From NCBI RefSeq assembly GCF_001194135.2, contig NC_068999.1:27873813-27937812 (forward strand): 64,000 nucleotides of DNA. The letters run 5' to 3'. Of this stretch, positions 24,480-38,300 are shown in pieces; the first letter of the stretch is position 1; every line of letters starts with the position of its first letter. This DNA is from Octopus bimaculoides. Taxonomy: Eukaryota. The notes beneath the pieces were generated by a model. It searched no databases, was not told the origin of the DNA, and worked only from the letters and a program-made list of their open reading frames with translations. The translations under genes and the position numbers were made by a program.

Positions 24480-26190
24480 GGCCCATTCATCATAGGCTGT
24501 GCTTCCACACCTGAAATTATTCTAATCCTGGTACAGATTCAGCAGTAAGAACAAGGTCATCAGCATAGAAGAGCTCTCAAGGGAAAGTAGTTTTAAATCT
24601 CTCTTTGTTATGACTTTAAGAGCTATGATAAACAAGAGGGGATTGAGAACCAATCCTGCACACTAAATTCATTGTTATACTCATTGTCGACTTTCACATT
24701 ACTGACAGTATCTTCTACATGGACCATCAGATGAGGGAGTAAGGGACCCTATCAAAAGCTTTCTCCATGTCAACAACTGCCAAGTGTAGAGGTTTATTTT
24801 TTGCTAAATGCAGTTGCCTTACAAGAAAGATAGCTTCAGTAGTGCTACTCCTTGGCACAATACCAAACTGCATCTCATCTCTTCCTAATCTGTTGAGCTA
24901 TGACCCTTTCTGTAACTCTCATCACCTGATTCAGCAATTTAATATCTCTATAATTACTTCTGTCCAAGGCATCACTTTTACCTTTGTAACAGTGACTGAT
25001 GCCAGTCATTGGGTATAACTTTTTCTGGACAATCTGATTAACTATATAGGTGACTAGGCCATATACCACAAAGCCCAGTATTTTAAGCTTCTCAGTGGTG
25101 ATTTCTGATGGGCCAGAGGCTTTCCCTGCCTTCATATCCTTAATTGATTTATTTACCATACTACTGTTAACTCATATAGCTAATCCCTCTGTTAAGTCCA
25201 CATTAGGTAGACTCTCCTTCTTCCATGTATTCTTCACATTTAGCAGCCTTTCATAATGACACTTCCATGATTCTTTGTTTCCAGAATCACTAAGTGCAAG
25301 TGTACTATTATCTTTCCGAAAACAATTCTCTCCTACAATGTCACAAATTTTTCTAATACACTGTCTTGCACTCCAGAATACCTGATGCCTCCGGTCCTCA
25401 CACCATAGAACATTTGCAAACTTCTTCCTTTCTGCTTCTCCTCTAAATATACCTGTTGTCTAGCTTTCCTGGTATCTTTCTCTGCAGGTTTCGTTTACCT
25501 GGTATCGTTCTCTGCTACCACCCTTACCAGTCTTCCACTTCTTCCAGGCCTGTTTCTTCACTCTTATAGCTCCGTCAACTATACTGTTCCACCAACGTGT
25601 CATCCTTGATTTCAGGGACCTTGCACAGCCACAAATTTTGTGTATAGTTCTCAATAACTTTTCTTGCAGAAACTTCCAGTTGTCTTCTATGTAATATGTC
25701 GCTATCGCCTCCTCATCAAATGCTTTGACTAAGACATCTCTAAATCTCTGACCATTCAAAAGATCCTTAAGCTTCCAGTTCTTACTTTTCTGGACTGGTT
25801 TGCTTCTTGGAATCCTTCTGAAGTCACTACTGACTAATCTGTGAAGGTCTTTGCTTTTATAAGCAACCGTCTTTCTTGCTTTCTGGTGAGAATGTGATCA
25901 ATTAGGCTTGTGAGGCAATCAGATTGATAGGTGAAAGGCAACTGGCAGGTTTCCTGAAATGTTGCTGATCATTAGGTTATTTGCATCACAAAACTCCAGA
26001 AGATTGTTCCCTCCTCATTTCAGGAACCAGTTTCGTAGCCTTCATGTGCACCATAGAATTCACCCAAGTGCAGTCCAACATGCCCATTGAAGTTACCAGC
26101 CATGAAAATAAGGTCTCTGTCATTTGTTGTCTTGGTAGTCTGCAGAAGGGTATCATAAAACTGATCCTTTCGTTTATCTGACAGTCCTAG
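24480..26190 (-). mobile_element. RTE LINE fragment (EN-RT)
   Basis: ORFs 25460-25759 and 24875-25159; retains ELFYADDL at ~24555-24580. Confidence 0.8.
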
Positions 26191-29137
26191 TTAAGGAGTC
26201 TAGGCAGAAATAATAGTTGCTTTACTACTATTGTAAACTGGTTTAAGCATAAATATCCTATCACACACTAACTACCTCAATCACTTTATCCACCCATTTT
26301 TTATCTAGGGGTGTGCTCACAACAAAATCATTTCTTCCCTTTTAAATTACAATTACATCATCATCTTCATACATTTAGAAGGAGAGATAAAGTGAAAACA
26401 TTGCTCTCCATGAAGTTCCAGGTATTAAAGGTCCAAAAATATCAATTTTCATCTAACATGGAACATTGCCAGACATGCTAAGCTTTATGTTAGTGATAGA
26501 TATGGTTGCAATCACTGTTATTTGGAATTGTTAGAAATCCTAAAATACACCAATGATGTTATTAACAGAACTTTCTTATGCGTTAAACCAATGCTATGTC
26601 TTCTCCAAGTACTTGATACATATCTATAACCTTATAATTTAGAACTTAATTATTAATAATAAGATCCATGAATCCTATTTTGGTAGCCTGGCATATTTTA
26701 AAACTATTAATACCAGCAATCATGCTTAAGATATTTTTGTGTACCATTAGATCAAACAACAGATATTGATGATTGTAATTCTATATGCTTTTGTATCAAC
26801 CACATGTGTATGTATAAGCAAACTTACATTTGTTTTTATTAGAAGTGTCGAATGTGTATTGTATGATATAGACAAGAAGGTGATATTTTCAAACACAGCA
26901 TTGCCATTAAAACTGTAGAAATAGTGGGTAATATTACCCTTACATGGCAGAAAAAGTTGTCAACAAACAACCATGGGAGCCAAACAGGCTTCCATACATT
27001 TTCCATCCACTAATTTTACAAGTTATCGGTGAACTCATAGCTATAGTAGAAGATACGCAAGATGTCATGTTGTTGGATGGTATCTCAAATCATCTGGTTA
27101 TGTGGTGAACTTTATTACCACATAGCCATACCTTTTATTTTGTCTTTCATTTGTATTACAGTTTCCTAAAAAGTTGAGTTTTAGAAAGAATTAAATATTT
27201 TTAAATTACAAGCATTATTTTAATACCCTCATAAACAATATTTTATAATTACAGAATAGTTGTTAAAATGGCATAAAATAATGTTTTCAACTTGAAAATT
27301 TTATTAAAAATATGTGAAATTGTTAATAAATTACAATGCAATTTATTAAAAATTGTTCTTGATGTTTGTTAACTTGAAGAAGGTCTTCAACAGAGTCCCT
27401 CATGCTATGATCTGATAGTCTCTGAGGAAGCCAGGGGTTGACAAATGGTTTGTTTGAACCATACAAGCCATGTTCAGGGGTGCTGTCAGTAAGGCGACAG
27501 CTATGAAGAAATGAATTTAGTATACAGGTAGGAGGAAATAGATTTTATCAAATCCCCAGGTGATTCCCCAAAGGTATTAGATAGTTTCTATTATCAAATT
27601 AGCAGTTGAGGAAATCCTGAAAGTACAGTTGCTAGAATAAGGACAGAATGGAGAAGATTCAGTTATATTACCTTTGTTGACAACAAAAGACCTCTCTCTC
27701 AGAATGACATTTGTATACTATGTGGTTGTTGAAACATGGGTCCTGAATGCAGAGGAAATGCAAAGACTAGAAAGGAGTGAAGCTAGTATATGTATTTGCT
27801 ATGCTTGAGAAAAACTGTCCCTTATGGAAAAAAATGAAAGCCTAAAATCATTATATTTATGTTTGTACACTCACCTAATCTCCCACTTCTCATCTTCCTA
27901 ATGCTCATCCCACATCACTCTTCTAACTACAACACTATTCAGCTACTGTAATCACACTAGAGCAAAATATGCACATATTTCATCCCCTTTTGTGCTACCA
28001 ACTGGTTCCCTTGACACTACTTCCTTTTAAAATCCTCCTCTTATTTTCAACATCATACCTTCCCACTTTATTCTCCACCAATCACCATTTCATGTGCCTC
28101 CAGTTATCTCTTCTTTTCCTCTGAGTTATATCTTAGGACTGCCATGCCTCATCTTTAACACCCACTTGTATCCACTGTCATTCTCAATATCCTCTTATAT
28201 CTGCTATCAACTGCACTTCAACTTTGTCCCCCACTAACTCTACTCCTCTCTCCCTATTTTTGGAACTTTCTTATTGTACTGATGGTCTTCGATCTTCCTG
28301 TGCTGCCACTTATCACCACCTCCTTCTTGAGCTACTTTTGTCTTATACTATCCCCCACTCTCATACTGATATTTACCATTAGCTACACCTCCCACCTTGT
28401 TCATTTTTCACTGCATTCACCTCTACCCATCTCTAATCATCTGTCACTCCCCTCTCATTCTTTTATGAACTCACCTTACTATACCTTGAGAATATGCCCT
28501 GACACCTGGTCACCACTTCTTTGTCTTCTTTCTAGCTACTCCCATCCCTGCTTATTTAATGTGAGATGGCCATGTATCTCTTTAGCAAGACACCTATACC
28601 TCTCCCCCTGTTATTCTTTAGCCTCTCACCACTTGGTGTAAAGCCACCTTCCTGCTTATTATATACTTTGATCATGGTGGGACACATATTTGTTTTTATT
28701 TTGTTTGTTTTTAATCAATGGAGTGTGGGACAAAATGGGTTGAGAAACACTGCTCTATAGTTTAGCAACACACTGGTATTATATGGAATTGTGTGACAGT
28801 CCTTAAATATTAGGTATTTAATGAGTGTAGCATGAACCTGCAAGTACTCTGTGTCCCATTAATCTGTATCAGATTTGAAAATATAAATGCTGCCTGAATT
28901 ATGCGGCACTAAGTTCTTTGAATTTGCACAAATGCATAATTATATTTCCAGATAGTCTAATAACCACTAAGTAATTACTTTCACTATTTGATTGAACAGT
29001 TATAATTCTATATAATTTATTATGTTGACTGAAATACTGAGTTTTTATCCTAGTACTCTTATGATTACATATTTGCAGTTTTCAGCCTTTCTTCACCTCT
29101 TATTAAGTATTAAACTATCTAAAACATTTTCTTTCAG

Positions 29138-29275
29138 AAATGGTGTGTTGGGTGCCCTTGCCTCCATTACTGCTTTATTGTGTTTGTTAAAAATCTTGCG
29201 ACTGCATTGGGTGCACCATACTACTTGGCACCAATATGTCATCTTTTATGGAGCATTCGCTGAGTGTGTTATTGG
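29138..29275 (+). CDS. Coding exon (TM1-TM2): (R)NGVLGALASITALLCLLKILRLHWVHHTTWHQYVIFYGAFAECVIG
   Basis: Acceptor TTTTCTTTCAG|, donor GG|GTAAGT. 138 nt, phase 2 to phase 2. Hydrophobic helices. Confidence 0.88.
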
Positions 29276-30347
29276 GTAAGTATATAGTTTCATTTTGTAT
29301 CTACAACTCCTATTTCTTTGTTTCTTTTTTTTTTACCTGTCTTTGTTGATGCTTTCCAGCATACTATTTTTTAAAATCACTCCTACATAATTATTTCTAT
29401 ATCAGTGTATATGGAAAAATATGCACACTTCACTTGCAAATCAATAATACAATATATAACTGGAAGCACATGAAAGAATTAATAAAGTAAAAAGTAGCAT
29501 TATTTTAACACCCATATATCTTAATCCATTTACCAAAATATTTTGGAATAGTTCAATTAAAATCATCTGAGATAGTAATTGTCTCACAAGTTGAAATCTT
29601 TAATTAACTTAAACATTTAGTGAAATATAAAATATTTTAAGAATATCTTTGTCATCTATTTTGATGTCAGATATGTATTTTAAGTTGTCTTTGCTACATC
29701 AAAACCAAAATGTGTACATTATACCAACAATCTCATTGCTATATCTTGCCATAGTTTCTACAAACAAAGCATTTAACCTGCAGAGACCTACAGCACAAAC
29801 CACAGACTACAAACAGGTACTATAGAGAGAGTGGATACAACAAACTGTTGTAAATAATGGGGACATGGTCGAATTTACAAGTTGTTCATTAGATTGTAGT
29901 ATTGAATTCAGGAATGCTTTTGAACCTCAAGTAATCATTAAGAAGCTACTGACAGTATGTTTAATGAAATTTATCTCTGGATAATACTTCTTTGTTCTAA
30001 ATATAAAGAAATAACCAAAAGATTTTATATACTTATTTCACACACATATACACACATACGTGTCTGTTGAATTTTTTAAAGTTAGAGGAGGAGGGCAGGG
30101 TTGATTACCTATGTAAACTCTCCTGGGTTCATGAGATTGATGCAGATAATGCTGAACTGGAACATCTGTAACTCAGTGTCTGCAGGAAAAACATGGTTGG
30201 GGGATAATTCCTGTAAGTTACAGTTCTGGAGAGAAAGGACTGAGCAAAATATTTTGTACCAGATTTAGGAGATGAGAAATAATAAAGGTGACAAGAGAAG
30301 AGATGTGTGAAGATTGTAAGAAATTCAAAATGATAAATGAGCTGATT

Positions 30348-30400
30348 GTCTACAACTGTTTCTATCACCTTTCAGGTACTGGAAGTGAGAACAACAGATT
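30348..30400 (-). ncRNA. Degenerate hammerhead-like motif in a probable old Penelope pLTR (~30060-30900, minus)
   Basis: CTGTTGT-T-C-TCACTT...AGGTGA-T-A-GAAA-CAGTTGTA-GAC resembles the GAAACAGCTGTAAGAC family; core and helix I are damaged. Confidence 0.3.
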
Positions 30401-31611
30401 ACTAGTTGATGAAGTCAGTGGGAATGCTCTCCTTGGCAATCAGATATATTGTGGAATGTTTCTAAATTTTGAGGTAGATCCATTGAAAGAAGTTGTCAAG
30501 TTTTATGATGATAGGGCTAGCAATAAGGTGCATTATTTGAGGAAAATTGAAGGAACACTCTCAGGACTGGAAGACTGTGTTCTTTGTCTGTACTGCAGAA
30601 GCACAGCTACAGTGAACTACTTGTGGAATTTGAGGCAATGAGTTTTTATTTTAGTATGGAATGTCAAAGGGCATGTCTAAGAAAATAATTTAAGTCATTT
30701 GCTTAGTTGTCTATGAATTAAGAAAGATGCACAAACACCTCCAAGGATAACATAAAATTGAAGTGACAACCTGATTTGATATGTCAAAGGAGCCATGAGT
30801 TGGGGGATGTATAGCCAGTGGCTGAACAATTTAGTTAGTACAGAAATTGTGGTAATTTGGTAGGAAGGATCAAAAGTGTTCGCATGTCTGTTATGGTTAG
30901 GAATATGCATATACAACATACGTACATATCCATTTGATTATCTTACCATACTTATTTTTGTACCAGTATTGATAGTGGAAGGCCTAAAATTAAAGGCTTA
31001 ATAATAAGAAAAGTTTTACTAGTTAGCCCCACTACAGTCATGGTCAAGCAGACAGATACATGATAAAAAAAAAACACTTAAGCCATTACCATTTAGACTA
31101 TACAATGTTTCCATTTTTAAGACAGAGTTTGAGAAAGATTTGATTGTTATTTCTAGGAAGTCAAGTGACAAGTTATTGTTGCTGTTGATGGTAGAATTAT
31201 TTGATAATAATATTCAAAACTGCTTTCACATTGCAACTCCCCTACTATGCACAATAATAGCATAAAACATGTTAAACTTTTTAATGCAATTGACTTTGGT
31301 AGAATAATCCGTTAAAAACTAAAACCCAGTGAAAACACACGTTGTTCTTAGAGACAAGAATCCAAGGTCTTGCACTGTTATAGACATCACCTGTCCAGCA
31401 GGTGTAATGGCATCATGTGAAGTTGTAGATAAGAACATCAGCTATGAACTAACTATAGGAAGTACTCAAAACTGAATGTAGTTAAATACTAGAAATATAA
31501 TTTATCTAAGTTGCAACAAAAAATGATATCAAACAGAAAACTGATTTATTTTTTATATCTGATGTTGAATCTTCACTTTACTTGGTATATTTGAAAGATT
31601 ATGTTTTTCAG

Positions 31612-31752
31612 GTCTGTACATTGGGTAATGGGACGCCTTCTACAATTAGATTTTGTGCTTCAGTATCTTCAGTTAGTGCAGTTTCTTGTACTATGCCATT
31701 GGTACTGGGCCTTAGCTAGTCGTGCTCTACGGAAAGAAACACTTTTAAGAAG
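31612..31752 (+). CDS. Coding exon (TM3): SVHWVMGRLLQLDFVLQYLQLVQFLVLCHWYWALASRALRKETLLRR
   Basis: Acceptor TGTTTTTCAG|, donor AG|GTAAGT. 141 nt, phase 2 to phase 2, open in the joined frame. Confidence 0.88.
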
Positions 31753-32721
31753 GTAAGTCATGTTTCAAACTTTATTCTTTATCAGGTAAATTCTAATCTA
31801 AATGTGTATTTTCTATTGTAGCTTATTTGACTAAGCTTTACACTGTGCATTGGCACAGTACAAGATCATTCTGTTAAATAAGTTACAACATCATGTTTTT
31901 TTTTTTAATTTATAGTCAGCGTCCTATGAATATTTTCTGGTAAATCTTGAATTGAACTTTCATTTGATCACCTCCTAAAAGTTGTAATACATAACATTTT
32001 TTATGTTAATATAATTGTTTCTACTAGTTGTCCCCAGGTACTTAGATAACAATGGATATGTAGCAGATAGCCTTCCACAAATTTGAACCTGATATGTTTA
32101 ATTTCAAAGGTTAAAACCGCTGGCAAATGATATTACTACACTTGGTAATATTGAGTTAAGATAAATGCTACTATATTTGGTAATATCCATCCAATCATTT
32201 GTAACATTGATTGGTGGTAGGCAGTGACAATGAATAATGAAATTTAATTTTTGCACTTTCTAGGACATCTTAGCCTTGGAAATGTTTCTTATTGTGGAGT
32301 CCATGTGTCTCTAGAACAGCATTTAATAAAATAATTTTTATGCTTCAACCTTCTAAGAGATTATTCCTGTTGTAACTGTGAACTATGTTCTTATTCATAA
32401 GAAATAGTTCAGCTCTTATCGTTTGGCAGTTCATTATTTCTGGATTCATACACACACAACATGCATTTAAGCAAATTGTACATTAAAAAAATATTTTTAT
32501 CTTACTTGTTTCCGTCATTTGACTGTGGCCATGCTGGAGCACCGCCTTTAGTCAAACAAATCGACCCCTGGACTTATTCTTTGTAAGCCTAGTACTTATT
32601 CTATCGATCTTGTTAATCAAACCGCTAAGTTACTGGGACGCAAACACACCAACATTGGTTGTCAAGTGATGGAGTGGGGGACAAACACAGACACACAAAC
32701 GTATACATATATATATCTATA

Positions 32722-32773
<52 letters not shown>

Positions 32774-32777
<4 letters not shown>

Positions 32778-35035
32778 AGGAGAAGGACATGGAGATGCAC
32801 TATGAAAGATTGCTAATTGAAGAGAATGAATGGGTGAAAGAGAATCTGCCAAATGTCAACCCAACAGAGGGACCAGCTATCCGAATTGACAATACCTTGG
32901 TAGATAAAGCAATTAAGGGTATGAAGACAGGGAAAGCTCCTGGCCCATCAGGAATCACCACAGAGATGCTTAAAATATCTGGCGGTGTCGGCTATAGTCT
33001 AGTCACCTATATAGTCAATCAGGAGTCATGAAGGAGTCATACCCAATGACTGGTGTAGCAGCACCATAGTCAATTGCCACAAAGGTAAATGTGACGTATT
33101 AGATACAAATAATTACAGCGGTATGAAGTTATTGGATCAAGTAATGCAAGTCACAGAGAGGGTCATAGCCCAACTAATTCAGGAGTGAGTCGGTCTAGAC
33201 AAGATGCAGTCTGGGTTTGTGCCAGGGAAAAGCACTACTGATGCTATATTTCTGGTAAGACAGCTGCAGGAGAAATACCTAGCCAAAGATAAACCTTTGT
33301 ACCTGGCTTTCGTTGACATGGAGAAAGCCTTTGATAGGGTCCCTTGATCCCTTATCTGGTGGTCAATGCGGAAACTAGGGATAGATGAGTGGTTAGTGAG
33401 AGCTGTACAAGCCATGTACAGGGATGCTATCAGTAAAGTGAAGGTTGGCAACGAGTACAGTGAAGAATTCCAGGTAGGGGTAAGGGTCCACCAAGGATCA
33501 GTCCTCAGCTCCCTTCTTATTCATCATAGTCCTCCAGGCAGTAACAAAGGAATTCAAGATAGGATGCCCCTGGCAGTAACAAAGGAATTCAAAACAGGAT
33601 GCTGAGGACCTTGCTCTAATAGCTAAGTCACTATCAGAACTAGAGGAGAAGTTTCAGGTAGAATCAAAGGGCCTTAGAGTCAATCTAGCAAAAGCCAAAG
33701 TCTTAATAAGTAGGAAGGTAGACAAACCACAAATCCCTTTAGGTAGATGGCCCTGCTCAATCTGTAGAAAAGGCATAGATGTACCCAGTATAAGCTATGG
33801 ACACATAAGAGGTGCAGCAATATCAAAGGAAGGCTAACTGGGAAGGTGTGTGGCAAATGCTCAGGGGCAATAAACACTGAAAATGTGCAGAAAACAACTT
33901 CTGTCACATTCCAGGGAGAAAAGACTAGAAGTAGTTGATAGCTTCCGTTACCTAGGTGACCAAATCAGCAGCTGGGGTGGATGCTCTGAAAGTGTAGCTG
34001 CTAGAATTAGAATAGCTTAGGCAAAGCTCAGAGAGCTCCTACCTCTGCTGGTGACAAAGGGTCTCTCACTCAGAGTAAAAGGTAGACTGTATGATGCATA
34101 TGTGCAAACAGCCATGCTACATGGCAGTGAAGCATGGGCCGTGACTGCTGAGGACATGCGTAAGCTTGCAAGGAATGAAGCTAGTATTCTCCACTGGATG
34201 TGTAATGTCAGTATGCATACACGACAGAGTGCAAGCGACCTGTGAGAAGAGTTGGGCATAGGAAGCATCAGATATGGTGTACAAGAGAGACAACTGCACT
34301 AGTATGGTCATGTGTTGCAAATGAATGAGGATAGCTGTGTGAAAAAGTGTCACACCGTAGCAGTAGAGGGAACCTGTGGAAGAGGTAGACCCAGGAAGAA
34401 CTGGGTAAGGTGGTGTAGCACAACCTTCAAATGTTGGGCCTCACCGAGGCAATGACAAGTGACCGAAACCTCTCGAGATATGCTGTGCTTGAGAAGACCT
34501 GGTAAGCAAAGTGAGACTGTAACCGTGGCCTATGCCAGTGCAGCATAACCAGCTCATTTAAGAGTACCCTTCAATCATTAGGTAATAAACTGCACTTACG
34601 AAGACCTGTTGAGGCAAGTGAAGTTGTTGTCATGGGTGATGACAGTACCGCCTGATTGGCACCCATGCTGGTGGCACATAAAAAGCACCATTCAATTGTG
34701 GTCAATGCCAGTGCCACCTGACCGGTCCTGTGCCGGTGGCACATGAAAAGCACCATTCAAGCTTGGTTGTTGCCAGTGCTGCCTGACTGGCTCCCATGCC
34801 AGTGGCACATAAAAAGCACCATTCAAGTGTCGTTGATGCCAGTACCACCTGATTGGCACCCACTACACTCTCAGAGTAGTTGGCATTAGGAAGAGCATCT
34901 AGCTGTAGAAACTTTGCTAGATCGGATTGGAGCCTGGTGCAGCCTTCTGGCTTCCCAGCCCTCAGTCAGACTGTCCAACCCATACCAGCATGGAAAGTGG
35001 ACGTTAAACAACAACAATGATGATGATGATGATGA
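32774..35035 (+). mobile_element. 5'-truncated RTE-clade LINE (RT and 3'UTR), multiple stops
   Basis: AIKGMKTGKAPGPSGIT, YLAFVDMEKAFDR, VHQGSVLS, AMLHGSEAW; 3' end with (GAT)n tail. Confidence 0.9.
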
Positions 35036-35222
35036 TATATACGACAGGCTTCTTTCAGTTTCCATCTACTAAATTTACTTACAAGGCTTTGGTCGTCCTG
35101 AGGCTATAATAGAAGACACTTACTTGCCCAAGGTGCCATGCAGTGGAACTGAACCTGGAACCATGTGATTGATAAGCAAGCTACTTACAACACAGCCACT
35201 CCTGTGCCTGAAAGAAACCTGT

Positions 35223-35280
<58 letters not shown>

Positions 35281-35293
35281 NNNNNNNNNNTGT

Positions 35294-35363
<70 letters not shown>

Positions 35364-38300
35364 GCAGGCTTCTTTCAGGTTCTGTCTACCAAATCCACTC
35401 AGAAGGCTTTGGTTGGCCCAAGGCTATAGTAGAAACACTTGCCCAAGGTGCCATGCTGTGGGACTGAACCTGGAACCATGTGGTTGGGAAGCAAGCTTCT
35501 TACCACACAGCCACTCCTGATAAACATTTAGTTCTATTAATAAACACTGTTGAAGATATATGTAAAACAAAATGCTAACATTCATATACATTTATGCTTA
35601 CATGCTTTTGTGCTTGAATTTACAGCAGTTGGCGATGATTGAAAATACAGTTCATAGCTGAACAATTTGACTGATAACATTATATTGTAATATAATTTTG
35701 TATAATATTACACCTGTAACATTAATGACTAATTTATATGAGAACAGTTTTCTAAAAATTCAAAACTTAGACTAAATTGATCAACTTCATTTTTCTGTCC
35801 TTCTAATTGATGTTTGTATATCTAAATCATGTTGCATGTTTATTGTTATATGCCATGGACACACATGGACTCTTGTTTTTTGGTTTTGTTTGTCTAACAA
35901 CAAATGCACTGCTAAGGGATTCCTTTAGTAAATAGCCTTTCTTGAATTTTAATTTGGAATGCTATAGCTACTGACAAATATTGTATTTGGTAATAATGAC
36001 TAAAGATAATTGCAACTGGTGAATAATAATATTTGACAATATCCAGTCATTTCTCTGTGTGATCAGTTAGTGACAGGTAGTGGTAGTCAAAAGAGAAGTT
36101 CAATTTTCATACCTAAAGGTTTTATGGAACATTGTAGAATGTCTTAGTGGGCTTATAAAAACCCTGGAGTTCAACTCGCTTGGTGGTACTTTTTCTTATT
36201 GCAGCTAGAGTCCATGACTCTTTAAATCCATGTTTTATAATATAATTTTTTATCCCTCAATTTTCTCTCTAAGATGTTCTAATTTATAAGAAGCATTTCA
36301 ACTCTTATCTTTTGATAATTACATTATTTTTTGATTCACACACATAACATGCATTAAGGAAAATTGTACATTATGTGTATGAAAAATGTTTAGTTTTACA
36401 AGTAAATAATTTTGAAAACAACTCTTTCTCTTAATTACTGAACATGTCAACCACAGACAAATAACTTAGTCCCTTGTCAAAAGGATTTCTACCAACTTTG
36501 CAGAATTTCTATACACTATTCCTCAACAAAGATGGTTTAGAGAAAACTTTCACCATAGCTGTTTGTGTTGCTTTTAACACCACAATATTCACACTTGACA
36601 AGACAGCTTCAAAACTTTTACTCTTCTACTCTGCCAGTCTCCCTACCATGTACTAAGATCAAAAACAACTCAGATCACTTCAAATCCTCAGATCCATTCT
36701 ATAACTTTCCAACAGTGCTCACCACAGATCTCTTCTCATCAAACTCTTCAAGCTTTTTTTCTATATGGAGATCTATCTGAATCTTTAAGAAGCATGTTAC
36801 ATGTCTCATCCTCAAGAATATCAACCTATCTGACATTACTAACTTTCAATCTATCACTCATATTTGCAATATCTCACAATTAATGGAAACTTGTTCAGTC
36901 ACATTTTATAATCCTCTTCCTTTCCATCGCAACACAGGTTTCATATAACCATATCTACCAGGGCCTGCTTTCCTGTGTCATCCCCAGTGGTTCCTTGACA
37001 AGCTTGGGGAAAACAATGTTGTACTAGACGCTCTGTGTTTATGTGTGTGTGTGATATTTCTGTGTCTGTTTGTGTATTGCCTGCTGCTTGCTTAGTGACA
37101 ATGTTGTAAAACAAAATATGAAAAAAAAAAAATACAAAAGGAGTTTTTGCTTTTTTTTTGTCATTTTTTGTGCAAACATTCATTCAGTGGTCCAGGCACT
37201 TTAGTATATATCCTATTAATCCAGTGATGATAAGGATAAAGCTCAAAATTGTATATTAGTACAAGCTTTGTAAAATTTTCATTATGTGATCTGTAGAGCC
37301 ATGTCTTTTTTGCTACATTGATGTCTACAGGACAGCTGACTTTTACAACAGTGCATATGTACTTTGTGTAGCCCCACACAACAGTATCTGATGAGTTGTG
37401 GTTTAATTTGCCACCACCACCCTTTTATTTTTTGGCATTATTAGGTTCCACCAATATTCTTTTGAGCTAGAAATCTGAATGTGTTCATCTTTATTGGTTA
37501 TTACTTTTTTCTTTCTTACTCTATTCTAGATTGTTTTAATTATCATATCATACCTTATAGAAAGATAGTATCTTAAGGACAATTTCTCATAGTTGGTAGT
37601 GATATGGTTAATGCTTTTAATTTGGGTTTGCATAACTTACATTTGCTGTCAGCTGATTGTTTTTGTTTTGTACAAGGTGTCTTATTGAGGATCTCTTGCT
37701 TCTAAATTGCACAGAGGTAGCCTTCAAGAAGAGATGTTTTAATCTTTGGGATACCATCAAAAGCTTTTAGTGTGATTTCATCCCTCCCAACTACCTATGT
37801 TCCACCTCCTTCCCTCTCTATTTTGCTTAGCCCCAAGTCATCTTTGATTGAGCTCAGCCATGACAATCTTTTCTTTTTAAGACTATGATGTAAGATTACA
37901 TTAAATATGTGTTCACTCCTTTATATAAGATGGTATCATGTGACATGGGAGAGATTTGACTGATATTTCTTGCTGTCAAACTACCCATAGAAGCTCTCTC
38001 ACTGACTTGTTTTTGTTGTATTAGATAATATTTGCTCATAGTCCTTGAGAGGAGGTCAGTATTTGTTTTATTTTCTCTTTTACCTCAAGCCATCCATATG
38101 ATGTTATTTTCATCTTCATAAACTTGAACAAGAAAGTTATATGCTTTTTAATCTACTGGGACTGTAATATTAAATAATATTACTACTAATTTAAAGGCAC
38201 TGCAGTTTCTGTATTTTTGCATCCAGCTTCTTATACTACAGTAATGACTGATTTAGAAAGTGAACTGTTGAGTGAGAAAAGGTATTAGGCTTACAGTATA

